Assembly (NCBI GenBank): GCA_964016885.1
Contig: OZ024742.1
Span: forward strand, 8,494,001 to 8,558,000
Direction: 5' to 3'
DNA: 64,000 nucleotides
DNA from: Eledone cirrhosa
Taxonomy: Eukaryota
Made by a program: the position numbers and the translations under genes. Positions 41,301 through 56,200 of the stretch are shown here, one piece after another; position 1 is the first letter of the stretch, and each line of letters opens with the position of its first letter. The notes beneath the pieces were generated by a model. That model was not told the DNA's origin. It saw only the letters and a program-made list of their open reading frames with translations, and did no database searches.

Positions 41301-41847
41301 TAGTATACTTCCTCAGTGTAAACCTACAGACTCTGCTCTGCTAGACTGCCCTATCTCAGTACATATCTTCTAGTATACTTCCTCAGAGTAAACCTACAGA
41401 CTCTGCTCTGCTAGACTGCCCTATCTCAGTACATATTTTCTAGTATAATTCTTCAGTGTAAACCTACAGACTCTGCACTGCTAGACTGCCCTATCTCAGT
41501 ACATATCTTCTAGTATACTTCTTCAGTGTAAATCTACAGACTCTACTCTGCTAGACTGCCCTATCTCAGTACATATCTTCTAGTATACTTCTTCAGTGTA
41601 AATCTACAGACTCTACTCTGCTAGACTGCCCTATCTCAGTACATATCTTCTAGTATACTTCTTCAACGTAAACCTACAGACTCTACTCTGCTATACTGCC
41701 GTATCTCAGTACATATTTTCTAGTATACTTCTTCAGTGTAAACCTACAGACTCTGCTCTGCTAGACTGCCCTATCTCAGTACATATTTTCTAGTATAATT
41801 CCTCAGTGTAAACCTACAGACTCTGCACTGCTAGACTGCCCTATCTC

Positions 41848-42407
41848 AGTACATATCTTCTAGTATACTTCTTCAGTGTAAATCTACAGACTCTACTCTG
41901 CTAGACTGCCCTATCTCAGTACATATCTTCTAGTATACTTCTTCAGTGTAAATCTACAGACTCTACTCTGCTAGACTGCCCTATCTCAGTACATATCTTC
42001 TAGTATACTTCTTCAGTGTAAATCTACAGACTCTACTCTGCTAGACTGCCCTATCTCAGTACATATCTTCTAGTATACTTCTTCAGTGTAAATCTACAGA
42101 CTCTACTCTGCTAGACTGCCCTATCTCAGTACATATCTTCTAGTATACTTCTTCAGTGTAAATCTACAGACTCTACTCTGCTAGACTGCCCTATCTCAGT
42201 ACATATCTTCTAGTATACTTCTTCAGTGTAAATCTACAGACTCTACTCTGCTAGACTGCCCTATCTCAGTACATATCTTCTAGTATACTTCTTCAGTGTA
42301 AATCTACAGACTCTACTCTGCTAGACTGCCCTATCTCAGTACATATCTTCTAGTATACTTCTTCAGTGTAAATCTACAGACTCTACTCTGCTAGACTGCC
42401 CTATCTC
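41848..42407. repeat. Run of eight identical variant monomers (AAATCTAC..CTCTACTC)
   Basis: AATCTACAGACTCTACTCTG occurs at 41881, 41951, 42021, 42091, 42161, 42231, 42301 and 42371. Confidence 0.92.
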
Positions 42408-45400
42408 AGTACATATCTTCTAGTATACTTCTTCAACGTAAACCTACAGACTCTACTCTGCTATACTGCCGTATCTCAGTACATATTTTCTAGTATACTT
42501 CTTCAGTGTAAACCTACAGACTCTGCTCTGCTAGACTGCCCTATCTCAGTACATATTTTCTAGTATAATTCCTCAGTGTAAACCTACAGACTCTGCACTG
42601 CTAGACTGCCCTATCTCAGTACATATCTTCTAGTATACTTCTTCAGTGTAAATCTACAGACTCTACTCTGCTAGACTGCCCTATCTCAGTACATATCTTC
42701 TAGTATACTTCTTCAGTGTAAATCTACAGACTCTACTCTGCTAGACTGCCCTATCTCAGTACATATCTTCTAGTATACTTCTTCAACGTAAACCTACAGA
42801 CTCTACTCTGCTATACTGCCGTATCTCAGTACATATTTTCTAGTATACTTCTTCAGTGTAAACCTACAGACTCTGCTCTGCTAGACTGCCCTATCTCAGT
42901 ACATATCTTCTAGTATACTTCCTCAGAGTAAACCTACAGACTCTGCTCTGCTAGACTGCCCTATCTCAGTACATATTTTCTAGTATAATTCCTCAGTGTA
43001 AACCTACAGACTCTGCACTGCTAGACTGCCCTATCTCAGTACATATCTTCTAGTATACTTCTTCAGTGTAAATCTACAGACTCTACTCTGCTAGACTGCC
43101 CTATCTCAGTACATATTTTCTAGTATACTTCCTCAGAGTAAACCTACAGACTCTGCTCTGCTAGACTGCCCTATCTCAGTACATATTTTCTAGTATAATT
43201 CCTCAGTGTAAACCTACAGACTCTGCTCTGCTAGACTGCCCTATCTCAGTACATATCTTCTAGTATACTTCTTCAGTGTAAACCTACAGACTCTGCTCTG
43301 CTAGACTGCCCTATCTCAGTACATATCTTCTAGTATACTTCTTCAGTGTAAACCTACAGACTCTGCACTGCTAGACTGCCCTACCTCAGTACATATCTTC
43401 TAGTATACTTCTTCAGTGTAAACCTACAGACTCTGCACTGCTAGACTGCCCTACCTCAGTACATATCTTCTAGTATACTTCTTCAATGTAAACCTACAGA
43501 CTCTGCACTGCTAGACTGCCCTACCTCAGTACATATCTTCTAGTATACTTCTTCAATGTAAACCTACAGACTCTGCACTGCTAGACTGCCCTACCTCAGT
43601 ACATATCTTCTAGTATACTTCTTCAGTGTAAACCTACAGACTCTGCACTGCTAGACTGCCCTATCTCAGTACATATCTTCTAGTATACTTCTTCAGTGTA
43701 AACCTACAGACTCTGCACTGCTAGACTGCCCTATCTCAGTACATATCTTCTAGTATACTTCTTCAGTGTAAATCTACAGACTCTACTCTGCTAGACTGCC
43801 CTATCTCAGTACATATTTTCTAGTATACTTCCTCAGTGTAAACCTACAGACTCTGCTCTGCTAGACTGCCCTATCTCAGTACATATCTTCTAGTATACTT
43901 CCTCAGTGTAAACCTACAGACTCTGCTCTGCTAGACTGCCCTATCTCAGTACATATTTTCTAGTATAATTCCTCAGTGTAAACCTACAGACTCTGCTCTG
44001 CTAGACTGCCTTATCTCAGTACATATTTTCTAGTATAATTCCTCAGTGTAAACCTACAGACTCTGCTCTGCTAGACTGCCCTATCTCAGTACATATCTTC
44101 TAGTATACTTCTTAAGTGTAAACCTACAGACTCTGCTCTGCTAGACTGCCCTATCTCAGTACATATCTTCTAGTATACTTCTTCAACGTAAACCTACAGA
44201 CTCTGCACTGCTAGACTGCCCTATCTCAGTACATATCTTCTAGTATACTTCCTCAGTGTAAACCTACAGACTCTGCTCTGCTAGACTGCCCTATCTCAGT
44301 ACATATTTTCTAGTATATTTCTTCAGTGTAAACTACAGACTCTGCTCTGCTAGACTGCCCTATCTCAGTACATATCTTCTAGTATACTTCCTCAGTGTAA
44401 ACCTACAGACTCTGCTCTGCTAGACTGCCCTATCTCAGTACATATCTTCTAGTATATTTCCTCAGAGTAAACCTACAGACTCTGCTCTGCTACACTGCCC
44501 TATCTCAGTACATATTTTCTAGTATAATTCCTCAGTGTAAACCTACAGACTCTGCTCTGCTAGACTGCCCTATCTCAGTACATATCTTCTAGTATACTTC
44601 TTCAGTGTAAACCTACAGATTCTGCACAGCTAGACTGCCCTATCTCAGTACATATCTTCTCGTATACTTCTTCAGTGTAAACCTACAGACTCTGCTCTGC
44701 TAGACTGCCCTATCTCAGTACATATCTTCTAGTATACTTCTTCAATGTAAACCTACAGACTCTGCACTGCTAGTCTGCCCTACCTCAGTACATATATTCT
44801 AATATACTTCTTCAGTGTAAACCTACAGACTCTGCACTGCTAGTCTGCCCTACCTCAGTACATATCTTCTAGTATACTTCTTCAATGTAAACCTACAGAC
44901 TCTGCACTGCTAGTCTGCCCTACCTCAGTACATATCTTCTAGTATACTTCTTCAGTGTAAACCTACAGACTCTGCACTGCTAGACTGCCCTATCTCAGTA
45001 CATATCTTCTAGTATACTTCTTCAGTGTAAATCTACAGACTCTACTCTGCTATACTGCCCTATCTCAGTACATATTTTCTAGAATACTTCCTCAGTGTAA
45101 ACCTACAGACTCTGCTCTGCTAGACTGCCCTATCTCAGTACATATTTTCTAGTATACTTCCTCAGTGTAAACCTACAGACTCTGCTCTGCTAGACTGCCC
45201 TATCTCAGTACATATCTTCTAGTATATTTCCTCAGAGTAAACCTACAGACTCTGCTCTGCTACACTGCCCTATCTCAGTACATATTTTCTAGTATAATTC
45301 CTCAGTGTAAACCTACAGACTCTGCTCTGCTAGACTGCCCTATCTCAGTACATATCTTCTAGTATACTTCTTCAGTGTAAACCTACAGATTCTGCACTGC

Positions 45401-47299
45401 TAGACTGCCCTATCTCAGTACATATCTTCTCGTATACTTCTTCAGTGTAAACCTACAGACTCTGCACTGCTAGACTGCCCTATCTCAGTACATATCTTCT
45501 AGTATACTTCTTCAATGTAAATCTACAGACTCTGCTCTGCTAGACTGCCCTATCTCAGTACATATCTTCTAGTATAATTCTTCAGTGTAAACCTACAGAC
45601 TCTGCACTGCTAGAATGCCCTATCTCAGTACATATCTTCTAGTATACTTCTTCAGTGTAAATCTACAGACTCTACTCTGCTACACTGCCCTATCTCAGTA
45701 CATATTTTCTAGTATACTTCCTCAGTGTAAACCTACAGACTCTGCTCTGCTAGACTGCCCTATCTCAGTACATATCTTCTAGTATACTTCTTCAGTGTAA
45801 ACCTACAGACTCTGCTCTGCTAGACTGCCCTATCTCAGTACATATCTTCTAGTATACTTCTTCAGTGTAAACCTACAGACTCTGCACTGCTAGACTGCCC
45901 TATCGCAGTACATATATTCTAGTATACTTCCTCAGTGTAAACCTACAGACTCTGCTCTGCTAGACTGCCCTATCTCTGTACATATCTTCTAGTATACTTC
46001 TTCAATGTAAACCTACAGACTCTGCACTGCTAGACTGCCCTATCGCAGTACATATCTTCTAGTATACTTCCTCAGTGTCAACCTACAGACTCTGCTCTGC
46101 TAGACTGCCCTATCTCAGTACATATCTTCTAGTATACTTCCTCAGTGTAAACCTACAGACTCTGCACTGCTAGACTGCCCTATCTCAGTACATATCTTCT
46201 AGTATACTTCTTCAGTGTAAACCTACAGACTCTGCACTGCTAGACTGCCCTATCTCAGTACATATCTTCTAGTATACTTCTTCAATGTAAACCTACAGAC
46301 TATGTCTGCTAGACTGCCCTATCTCAGTACATATCTTCTTGTATACTTCCTCAGTGTAAACCCACAGACTCTGCTCTGCTAGACTGCCCTATCTCAGTAC
46401 ATATCTTCTAGTATACTTCTTCAGTGTAAACCTACAGACTCTGCTCTGCTAGACTGCCCTATCTCAGTACATATCTTCTAGTATACTTCTTCAGTGTAAA
46501 TCTACAGACTCTGCTCTGCTAGACTGTCCTATCTCAGTACATATCTTCTAGTATACTTCTTAAGTGTAAACCTACAGACTCTGCTCTGCTAGACTGTCCT
46601 ATCTCAGTACATATCTTCTAGTATACTTCTTCAATGTAAACCTACAGACTCTGCACTGCTAGACTGCCCTATCTCAGTACATATCTTCTAGTATACTTCC
46701 TCAGTGTAAACCTACAGACTCTGCTCTGCTAGACTGCCCTATCTCAGTACATATCTTCTAGTATACTTCCTCAGTGTAAACCTACAGACTCTGCTCTGCT
46801 AGACTGCCCTATCTCAGTACATATCTTCTAGTATACTTCCTCAGTGTAAACCTACAGACTCTGCTCTGCTAGACTGCCCTATCTCAGTACATATCTTCTA
46901 GTATACTTCTTCAGTGTAAACCTACAGACTCTGCTCTGCTAGACTGCCCTATCTCAGTACATATCTTCTAGTATACTTCTTAAGTGTAAACCTACAGACT
47001 CTGCTCTGCTAGACTGCCCTATCTCAGTACATATCTTCTAGTATACTTCTTCAATGTAAACCTACAGACTCTGCACTGCTAGACTGCCCTATCTCAGTAC
47101 ATATCTTCTAGTATACTTCCTCAGTGAAAACCTACAGACTCTGCTCTGCTAGACTGCCCTATCTCAGTACATATTTTCTAGCATACTTCTTCAGTGTAAA
47201 CTACAGACTCTGCTCTGCTAGACTGCCCTATCTCAGTACATATCTTCTAGTATACTTCTTCAGTGTAAACCTACAGACTCTGCACTGCTAGACTGCCCT

Positions 47300-50200
47300 A
47301 TCTCAGTACATATCTTCTAGTATACTTCTTCAGTGTAAACCATCAGACTCTGCACTGCTAGACTGCCCTATCTCAGTACATATTTCTAGTATACTTCTTC
47401 AGTGTAAACCTACAGACTCTGCTCTGCTAGACTGCCCTATCTCAGTACATATCTTCTAATATACTTCTTCAGTGTAAAGCTACAGGCTCTGCACTGCTAG
47501 ACTGCCCTATCTCAGTACATATCTTCTAGTATACTTCTTCAGTGTAAACCTACAGACTCTGCACTGCTAGAATGCCCTATCTCAGTACATATCTTCTAGT
47601 ATACTTCTTCAGTGTAAACCTACAGATTCTGCACTGCTAGACTGCCCTATCTCAGTACATATCTTCTAGTATAATTCTTCAATGTAAATCTACAGACTCT
47701 GCTCTGCTAGACTGCCCTATCTCAGTACATATCTTCTAGTATAATTCTTCAGTGTAAACCTACAGACTCTGCACTGCTAGACTGCCCTATCTCAGTACAT
47801 ATCTTCTAGTATACTTCTTCAGTGTAAACCTACAGACTCTGCACTGCTAGACTGCCCTATCTCAGTACATATCTTCTAGTATACTTCTTCAATGTAAACC
47901 CACAGACTCTGCTCTGCTAGACTGCCCTATCTCAGTACATATCTTCTAGTATACTTCTTCAGTGTAAACCTACAGACTCTGCTCTGCTAGACTGCCCTAT
48001 CTCAGTACATATCTTCTAGTATACTTCTTCAGTGTAAACCTACAGACTCTGCTCTGCTAGACTGTCCTATCTCAGTACATATCTTCTAGTATACGTCTTA
48101 AGTGTAAACCTACAGACTCTGCTCTGCTAGACTGTCCTATCTCAGTACATATCTTCTAGTATACTTCTTCAATGTAAACCTACAGACTCTGCACTGCTAG
48201 ACTGCCCTATCTCAGTACATATCTTCTAGTATACTTCCTCAGTGTAAACCTACAGACTCTGCTCTGCTAGACTGCCCTATCTCAGTACATATCTTCTAGT
48301 ATACTTCCTCAGTGTAAACCTACAGACTCTGCTCTGCTAGACTGCCCTATCTCAGTACATATCTTCTAGTATACTTCCTCAGTGTAAACCTACAGACTCT
48401 GCTCTGCTAGACTGCCCTATCTCAGTACATATCTTCTAGTATACTTCTTCAGTGTAAACCTACAGACTCTGCTCTGCTAGACTGCCCTATCTCAGTACAT
48501 ATCTTCTAGTATACTTCTTAAGTGTAAACCTACAGACTCTGCTCTGCTAGACTGCCCTATCTCAGTACATATCTTCTAGTATACTTCTTCAATGTAAACC
48601 TACAGACTCTGCACTGCTAGACTGCCCTATCTCAGTACATATCTTCTAGTATACTTCCTCAGTGTAAACCTACAGACTCTGCTCTGCTAGACTGCCCTAT
48701 CTCAGTACATATTTTCTAGCATACTTCTTCAGTGTAAACTACAGACTCTGCTCTGCTAGACTGCCCTATCTCAGTACATATCTTCTAGTATACTTCTTCA
48801 ATGTAAACCTACAGACTCTGCACTGCTAGACTGCCCTATCTCAGTACATATCTTCTAGTATACTTCTTCAATGTAAACCTACAGACTCTGCACTGCTAGA
48901 CTGCCCTATCTCAGTACATATCTTCTAGTATACTTCCTCAGTGTAAACCTACAGACTCTGCTCTGCTAGACTGCCCTATCTCAGTACATATCTTCTAGTA
49001 TACTTCTTCAGTGTAAACCTACAGACTCTGCTCTGCTAGACTGCCCTATCTCAGTACATATCTTCTAGTATATTTCTTCAGTGTAAACCTACAGACTCTG
49101 CACTGCTAGACTGCCCTATCTCAGTACATATCTTCTAGTATACTTCTTCAGTGTAAACCATCAGACTCTGCACTGCTAGACTGCCCTATCTCAGTACATA
49201 TTTCTAGTATACTTCTTCAGTGTAAACCTACAGACTCTGCTCTGCTAGACTGCCCTATCCCAGTACATATCTTCTAATATACTTCTTCAGTGTAAAGCTA
49301 CAGGCTCTGCACTGCTAGACTGCCCTATCTCAGTACATATCTTCTAGTATACTTCTTCAGTGTAAACCTACAGACTCTGCACTGCTAGAATGCCCTATCT
49401 CAGTACATATCTTCTAGTATACTTCTTCAGTGTAAACCTACAGATTCTGCACTGCTAGACTGCCCTATCTCAGTACATATCTTCTAGTATAATTCTTCAA
49501 TGTAAATCTACAGACTCTGCTCTGCTAGACTGCCCTATCTCAGTACATATCTTCTAGTATAATTCTTCAGTGTAAACCTACAGACTCTGCACTGCTAGAC
49601 TGCCCTATCTCAGTACATATCTTCTAGTATACTTCTTCAGTGTAAATCTACAGACTCTACTCTGCTACACTGCCCTATCTCAGTACATATTTTCTAGTAT
49701 ACTTCCTCAGTGTAAACCTACAGACTCTGCTCTGCTAGACTGCCCTATCTCAGTACATATCTTCTAGTATACTTCTTCAGTGTAAACCTACAGACTCTGC
49801 TCTGCTAGACTGCCCTATCTCTGTACATATCTTCTAGTATACTTCTTCAATGTAAACCTACAGACTCTGCACTGCTAGACTGCCCTATCTCAGTACATAT
49901 CTTCTAGTATACTTCCTCAGTGTAAACCTACAGACTCTGCTCTGCTAGACTGCCCTATCTCAGTACATATCTTCTAGTATACTTCCTCAGTGTAAACCTA
50001 CAGATTCTGCTCTGCTAGACTGCCCTATCTCAGTACATATCTTCTAGTATACTTCCTCAGTGTAAACCTACAGACTCTGCTCTGCTAGACTGCCCTATCT
50101 CAGTACATATCTTCTAGTATACTTCCTCAGTGTAAACCTACAGACTCTGCTCTGCTAGACTGCCCTATCTCAGTACATATCTTCTAGTATACTTCTTAAG

Positions 50201-53200
50201 TGTAAACCTACAGACTCTGCTCTGCTAGACTGCCCTATCTCAGTACATATCTTCTAGTATACTTCTTCAATGTAAACCTACAGACTCTGCACTGCTAGAC
50301 TGCCCTATCTCAGTACATATCTTCTAGTATACTTCCTCAGTGTAAACCTACAGACTCTGCTCAGCTAGACTGCCCTATCTCAGTACATATTTTCTAGTAT
50401 ACTTCTTCAGTGTAAACTACAGACTCTGCTCTGCTACACTGCCCTATCTCAGTACATATCTTCTAGTATACTTCTTCAGTGTAAACCTACAGACTCTGCT
50501 CTGCTAGACTGCCCTATCTCAGTACATATCTTCTAGTATACTTCTTCAGTGTAAACCTACAGACTCTGCACTGCTAGACTGCCCTATCTCAGTACATATC
50601 TTCTAGTATACTTCTTCAGTGTAAACCATCAGACTCTGCACTGCTAGACTGCCCTATCTCAGTACATATCTTCTAGTATACTTCTTCAGTGTAAACCTAC
50701 AGACTCTGCTCTGCTAGACTGCCCTATCTCAGTACATATCTTCTAATATACTTCTTCAGTGTAAAGCTACAGGCTCTGCACTGCTAGACTGCCCTATCTC
50801 AGTACATATCTTCTAGTATACTTCTTCAGTGTAAACCTACAGACTCTGCACTGCTAGAATGCCCTATCTCAGTACATATCTTCTAGTATACTTCTTCAGT
50901 GTAAACCTACAGATTCTGCACTGCTAGACTGCCCTATCTCAGTACATATCTTCTAGTATAATTCTTCAATGTAAATCTACAGACTCTGCTCTGCTAGACT
51001 GCCCTATCTCAGTACATATCTTCTAGTATAATTCTTCAGTGTAAACCTACAGACTCTGCTCTGCTAGACTGCCCTATCTCAGTACATATCTTCTAGTATA
51101 CTTCTTCAGTGTAAACCTACAGACTCTGCTCTGCTAGACTGCCCTATCTCAGTACATATCTTCTAGTATACTTCTTCAGTGTAAACCTACAGACTCTGCT
51201 CTGCTAGACTGCCCTATCTCTGTACATATCTTCTAGTATACTTCTTCAATGTAAACCTACAGACTCTGCACTGCTAGACTGCCCTATCTCAGTACATATC
51301 TTCTAGTATACTTCCTCAGTGTAAACCTACAGACTCTGCTCTGCTAGACTGCCCTATCTCAGTACATATCTTCCAGTATACTTCCTCAGTGTAAACCTAC
51401 AGACTCTGCTCTGCTAGACTGCCCTATCTCAGTACATATATTCTAGTATACTTCCTCAGTGTAAACCTACAGACTCTGCTCTGCTAGACTGCCCTATCTC
51501 AGTACATATCTTCTAGTATACTTCTTAAGTGTAAACCTACAGACTCTGCTCTGCTAGACTGCCCTATCTCAGTACATATCTTCTAGTATACTTCTTCAAT
51601 GTAAACCTACAGACTCTGCACTGCTAGACTGCCCTATCTCAGTACATATCTTCTAGTATACTTCCTCAGTGTAAACCTACAGACTCTGCTCTGCTAGACT
51701 GCCCTACCTCAGTACATATTTTCTAGTATACTTCTTCAGTGTAAACTACAGACTCTGCTCTGCTAGACTGCCCTATCTCAGTACATATCTTCTAGTATAC
51801 TTCTTCAATGTAAACCTACAGACTCTGCACTGCTAGACTGCCCTATCTCAGTACATATCTTCTAGTATACTTCCTCAGTGTAAACCTACAGACTCTGCTC
51901 TGCTAGACTGCCCTATCTCAGTACATATCTTCTAGTATACTTCTTCAGTGTAAACCTACAGACTCTGCTCTGCTGGACTGCCCTATCTCAGTACATATCT
52001 TCTAGTATACTTCTTCAGTGTAAACCTACAGACTCTGCACTGCTAGACTGCCCTATCTCAGTACATATCTTCTAGTATACTTCTTCAGTGTAAACCATCA
52101 GACTCTGCACTGCTAGACTGCCCTATCTCAGTACATATCTTCTAGTATACTTCTTCAGTGTAAACCTACAGACTCTGCTCTGCTAGACTGCCCTATCTCA
52201 GTACATATCTTCTAATATACTTCTTCAGTGTAAAGCTACAGGCTCTGCACTGCTAGACTGCCCTATCTCAGTACATATCTTCTAGTATACTTCTTCAGTG
52301 TAAACCTACAGACTCTGCACTGCTAGACTGCCCTATCTCAGTACATATCTTCTAGTATACTTCTTCAGTGTAAACCTACAGATTCTGCACTGCTAGACTG
52401 CCCTATCTCAGTACATATCTTCTAGTATAATTCTTCAATGTAAACCTACAGACTCTGCACTGCTAGACTGCCCTATCTCAGTACATATCTTCTAGTATAC
52501 TTCTTCAGTGTAAACCTACAGACTCTGCACTGCTAGACTGCCCTATCTCAGTACATATCTTCTAGTATACTTCTTCAATGTAAACCTACAGACTCTGCAC
52601 TGCTAGACTGCCCTATCTCAGTACATATCTTCTAGTATACTTCTTCAGTGTAAACCTACAGATTCTGCACTGCTAGACTGCCCTATCTCAGTACATATCT
52701 TCTAGTATAATTCTTCAATGTAAATCTACAGACTCTGCTCTGCTAGACTGCCCTATCTCAGTACATATCTTCTAGTATAATTCTTCAGTGTAAACCTACA
52801 GACTCTGCACTGCTAGACTGCCCTATCTCAGTACATATCTTCTAGTATACTTCTTCAGTGTAAATCTACAGACTCTACTCTGCTACACTGCCCTATCTCA
52901 GTACATATTTTCTAGTATACTTCCTCAGTGTAAACCTACAGACTCTGCTCTGCTAGACTGCCCTATCTCAGTACATATCTTCTAGTATACTTCTTCAGTG
53001 TAAACCTACAGACTCTGCTCTGCTAGACTGCCCTATCTCAGTACATATCTTCTAGTATACTTCTTCAGTGTAAACCTACAGACTCTGCACTGCTAGACTG
53101 CCCTATCGCAGTACATATCTTCTAGTATACTTCCTCAGTGTAAACCTACAGACTCTGCTCTGCTAGACTGCCCTATCTCTGTACATATCTTCTAGTATAC

Positions 53201-56200
53201 TTCTTCAATGTAAACCTACAGACTCTGCACTGCTAGACTGCCCTATCGCAGTACATATCTTCTAGTATACTTCCTCAGTGTCAACCTACAGACTCTGCTC
53301 TGCTAGACTGCCCAATCTCAGTACATATCTTCTAGTATACTTCCTCAGTGTAAACCTACAGACTCTGCACTGCTAGACTGCCCTATCTCAGTACATATCT
53401 TCTAGTATACTTCTTCAGTGTAAACCTACAGACTCTGCACTGCTAGACTGCCCTATCTCAGTACATATCTTCTAGTATACTTCTTCAATGTTAATCTACA
53501 GACTCTGTCTGCTAGACTGCCCTATCTCAGTACATATCTTCTAGTATACTTCCTTAGTGTAAACCCACAGACTCTGCTCTGCTAGACTGCCCTATCTCAG
53601 TACATATCTTCTAGTATACTTCTTCAGTGTAAACCTACAGACTCTGCTCTGCTAGACTGTCCTATCTCAGTACATATCTTCTAGTATACTTCTTAAGTGT
53701 AAACCTACAGACTCTGCTCTGCTAGACTGTCCTATCTCAGTACATATCTTCTAGTATACTTCTTCAATGTAAACCTACAGACTCTGCACTGCAAGACTGC
53801 CCTATCTCAGTACATATCTTCTAGTATACTTCCTCAGTGTAAACCTACAGACTCTGCTCTGCTAGACTGCCCTACCTCAGTACATATTTTCTAGTATACT
53901 TCTTCAGTGTAAACTACAGACTCTGCTCTGCTAGACTGCCCTATCTCAGTACATATCTTCTAGTATACTTCTTCAGTGTAAACCTACAGACTCTGCTCTG
54001 CTAGACTGCCCTATCTCAGTACATATCTTCTAGTATACTTCTTCAGTGTAAACCTACAGACTCTGCACTGCTAGACTGCCCTATCTCAGTACATATCTTC
54101 TAGTATACTTCTTCAGTGTAAACCATCAGACTCTGCACTGCTAGACTGCCCTATCTCAGTACATATTTCTAGTAAACTTCTTCAGTGTAAACCTACAGAC
54201 TCTGCTCTGCTAGACTGCCCTATCTCAGTACATATCTTCTAATATACTTCTTCAGTGTAAAGCTACAGACTCTGCTCTGCTAGACTGCCCTATCTCAGTA
54301 CATATCTTCTAGTATACTTCCTCAGTGTAAACCTACAGACTCTGCACTGCTAGACTGCCCTATCTCAGTACATATCTTCTAGTATACTTCTTCAGTGTAA
54401 ACCTACAGACTCTGCACTGCTAGAATGCCCTATCTCAGTACATATCTTCTCGTATACTTCTTCAGTGTAAACCTACAGATTCTGCACTGCTAGACTGCCC
54501 TATCTCAGTACATATCTTCTAGTATAATTCTTCAGTGTAAACCTACAGACTCTGCACTGCTAGACTGCCCTATCTCAGTACATATCTTCTAGTATACTTC
54601 TTCAGTGTAAACCATCAGACTCTGCACTGCTAGACTGCCCTATCTCAGTACATATCTTCTAGTATACTTCTTCAGTGTAAACCTACAGACTCTGCTCTGC
54701 TAGACTGCCCTATCTCAGTACATATCTTCTAATATACTTCTTCAGTGTAAAGCTACAGGCTCTGCACTGCTAGACTGCCCTATCTCAGTACATATCTTCT
54801 AGTATACTTCTTCAGTGTAAACCTACAGACTCTGCACTGCTAGAATGCCCTATCTCAGTACATATCTTCTAGTATACTTCTTCAGTGTAAACCTACAGAT
54901 TCTGCACTGCTAGACTGCCCTATCTCAGTACATATCTTCTAGTATAATTCTTCAATGTAAATCTACAGACTCTGCTCTGCTAGACTGCCCTATCTCAGTA
55001 CATATCTTCTAGTATAATTCTTCAGTGTAAACCTACAGACTCTGCTCTGCTAGACTGCCCTATCTCAGTACATATCTTCTAGTATACTTCTTCAGTGTAA
55101 ACCTACAGACTCTGCTCTGCTAGACTGCCCTATCTCAGTACATATCTTCTAGTATACTTCTTCAGTGTAAACCTACAGACTCTGCTCTGCTAGACTGCCC
55201 TATCTCTGTACATATCTTCTAGTATACTTCTTCAATGTAAACCTACAGACTCTGCACTGCTAGACTGCCCTATCTCAGTACATATCTTCTAGTATACTTC
55301 CTCAGTGTAAACCTACAGACTCTGCTCTGCTAGACTGCCCTATCTCAGTACATATCTTCCAGTATACTTCCTCAGTGTAAACCTACAGACTCTGCTCTGC
55401 TAGACTGCCCTATCTCAGTACATATATTCTAGTATACTTCCTCAGTGTAAACCTACAGACTCTGCTCTGCTAGACTGCCCTATCTCAGTACATATCTTCT
55501 AGTATACTTCTTAAGTGTAAACCTACAGACTCTGCTCTGCTAGACTGCCCTATCTCAGTACATATCTTCTAGTATACTTCTTCAATGTAAACCTACAGAC
55601 TCTGCACTGCTAGACTGCCCTATCTCAGTACATATCTTCTAGTATACTTCCTCAGTGTAAACCTACAGACTCTGCTCTGCTAGACTGCCCTACCTCAGTA
55701 CATATTTTCTAGTATACTTCTTCAGTGTAAACTACAGACTCTGCTCTGCTAGACTGCCCTATCTCAGTACATATCTTCTAGTATACTTCTTCAATGTAAA
55801 CCTACAGACTCTGCACTGCTAGACTGCCCTATCTCAGTACATATCTTCTAGTATACTTCCTCAGTGTAAACCTACAGACTCTGCTCTGCTAGACTGCCCT
55901 ATCTCAGTACATATCTTCTAGTATACTTCTTCAGTGTAAACCTACAGACTCTGCTCTGCTGGACTGCCCTATCTCAGTACATATCTTCTAGTATACTTCT
56001 TCAGTGTAAACCTACAGACTCTGCACTGCTAGACTGCCCTATCTCAGTACATATCTTCTAGTATACTTCTTCAGTGTAAACCTACAGACTCTGCTCTGCT
56101 GGACTGCCCTATCTCAGTACATATCTTCTAGTATACTTCCTCAGTGTAAACCTACAGACTCTGCTCTGCTAGACTGCCCTATCTCAGTACATATCTTCTA

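Larger units (their letters stand above)
25250..47300. repeat. Array domain E, a mosaic of cassettes carrying GCCTTATC, CTTAAGTG, the 69-bp AAACTAC monomer and TATATTTCCTCAGAG..CTACACT
   Basis: The ordered cassette recurs at about 25.7, 27.2, 29.5, 31.6, 32.8, 37.8 and 44.0 kb. Confidence 0.7.
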
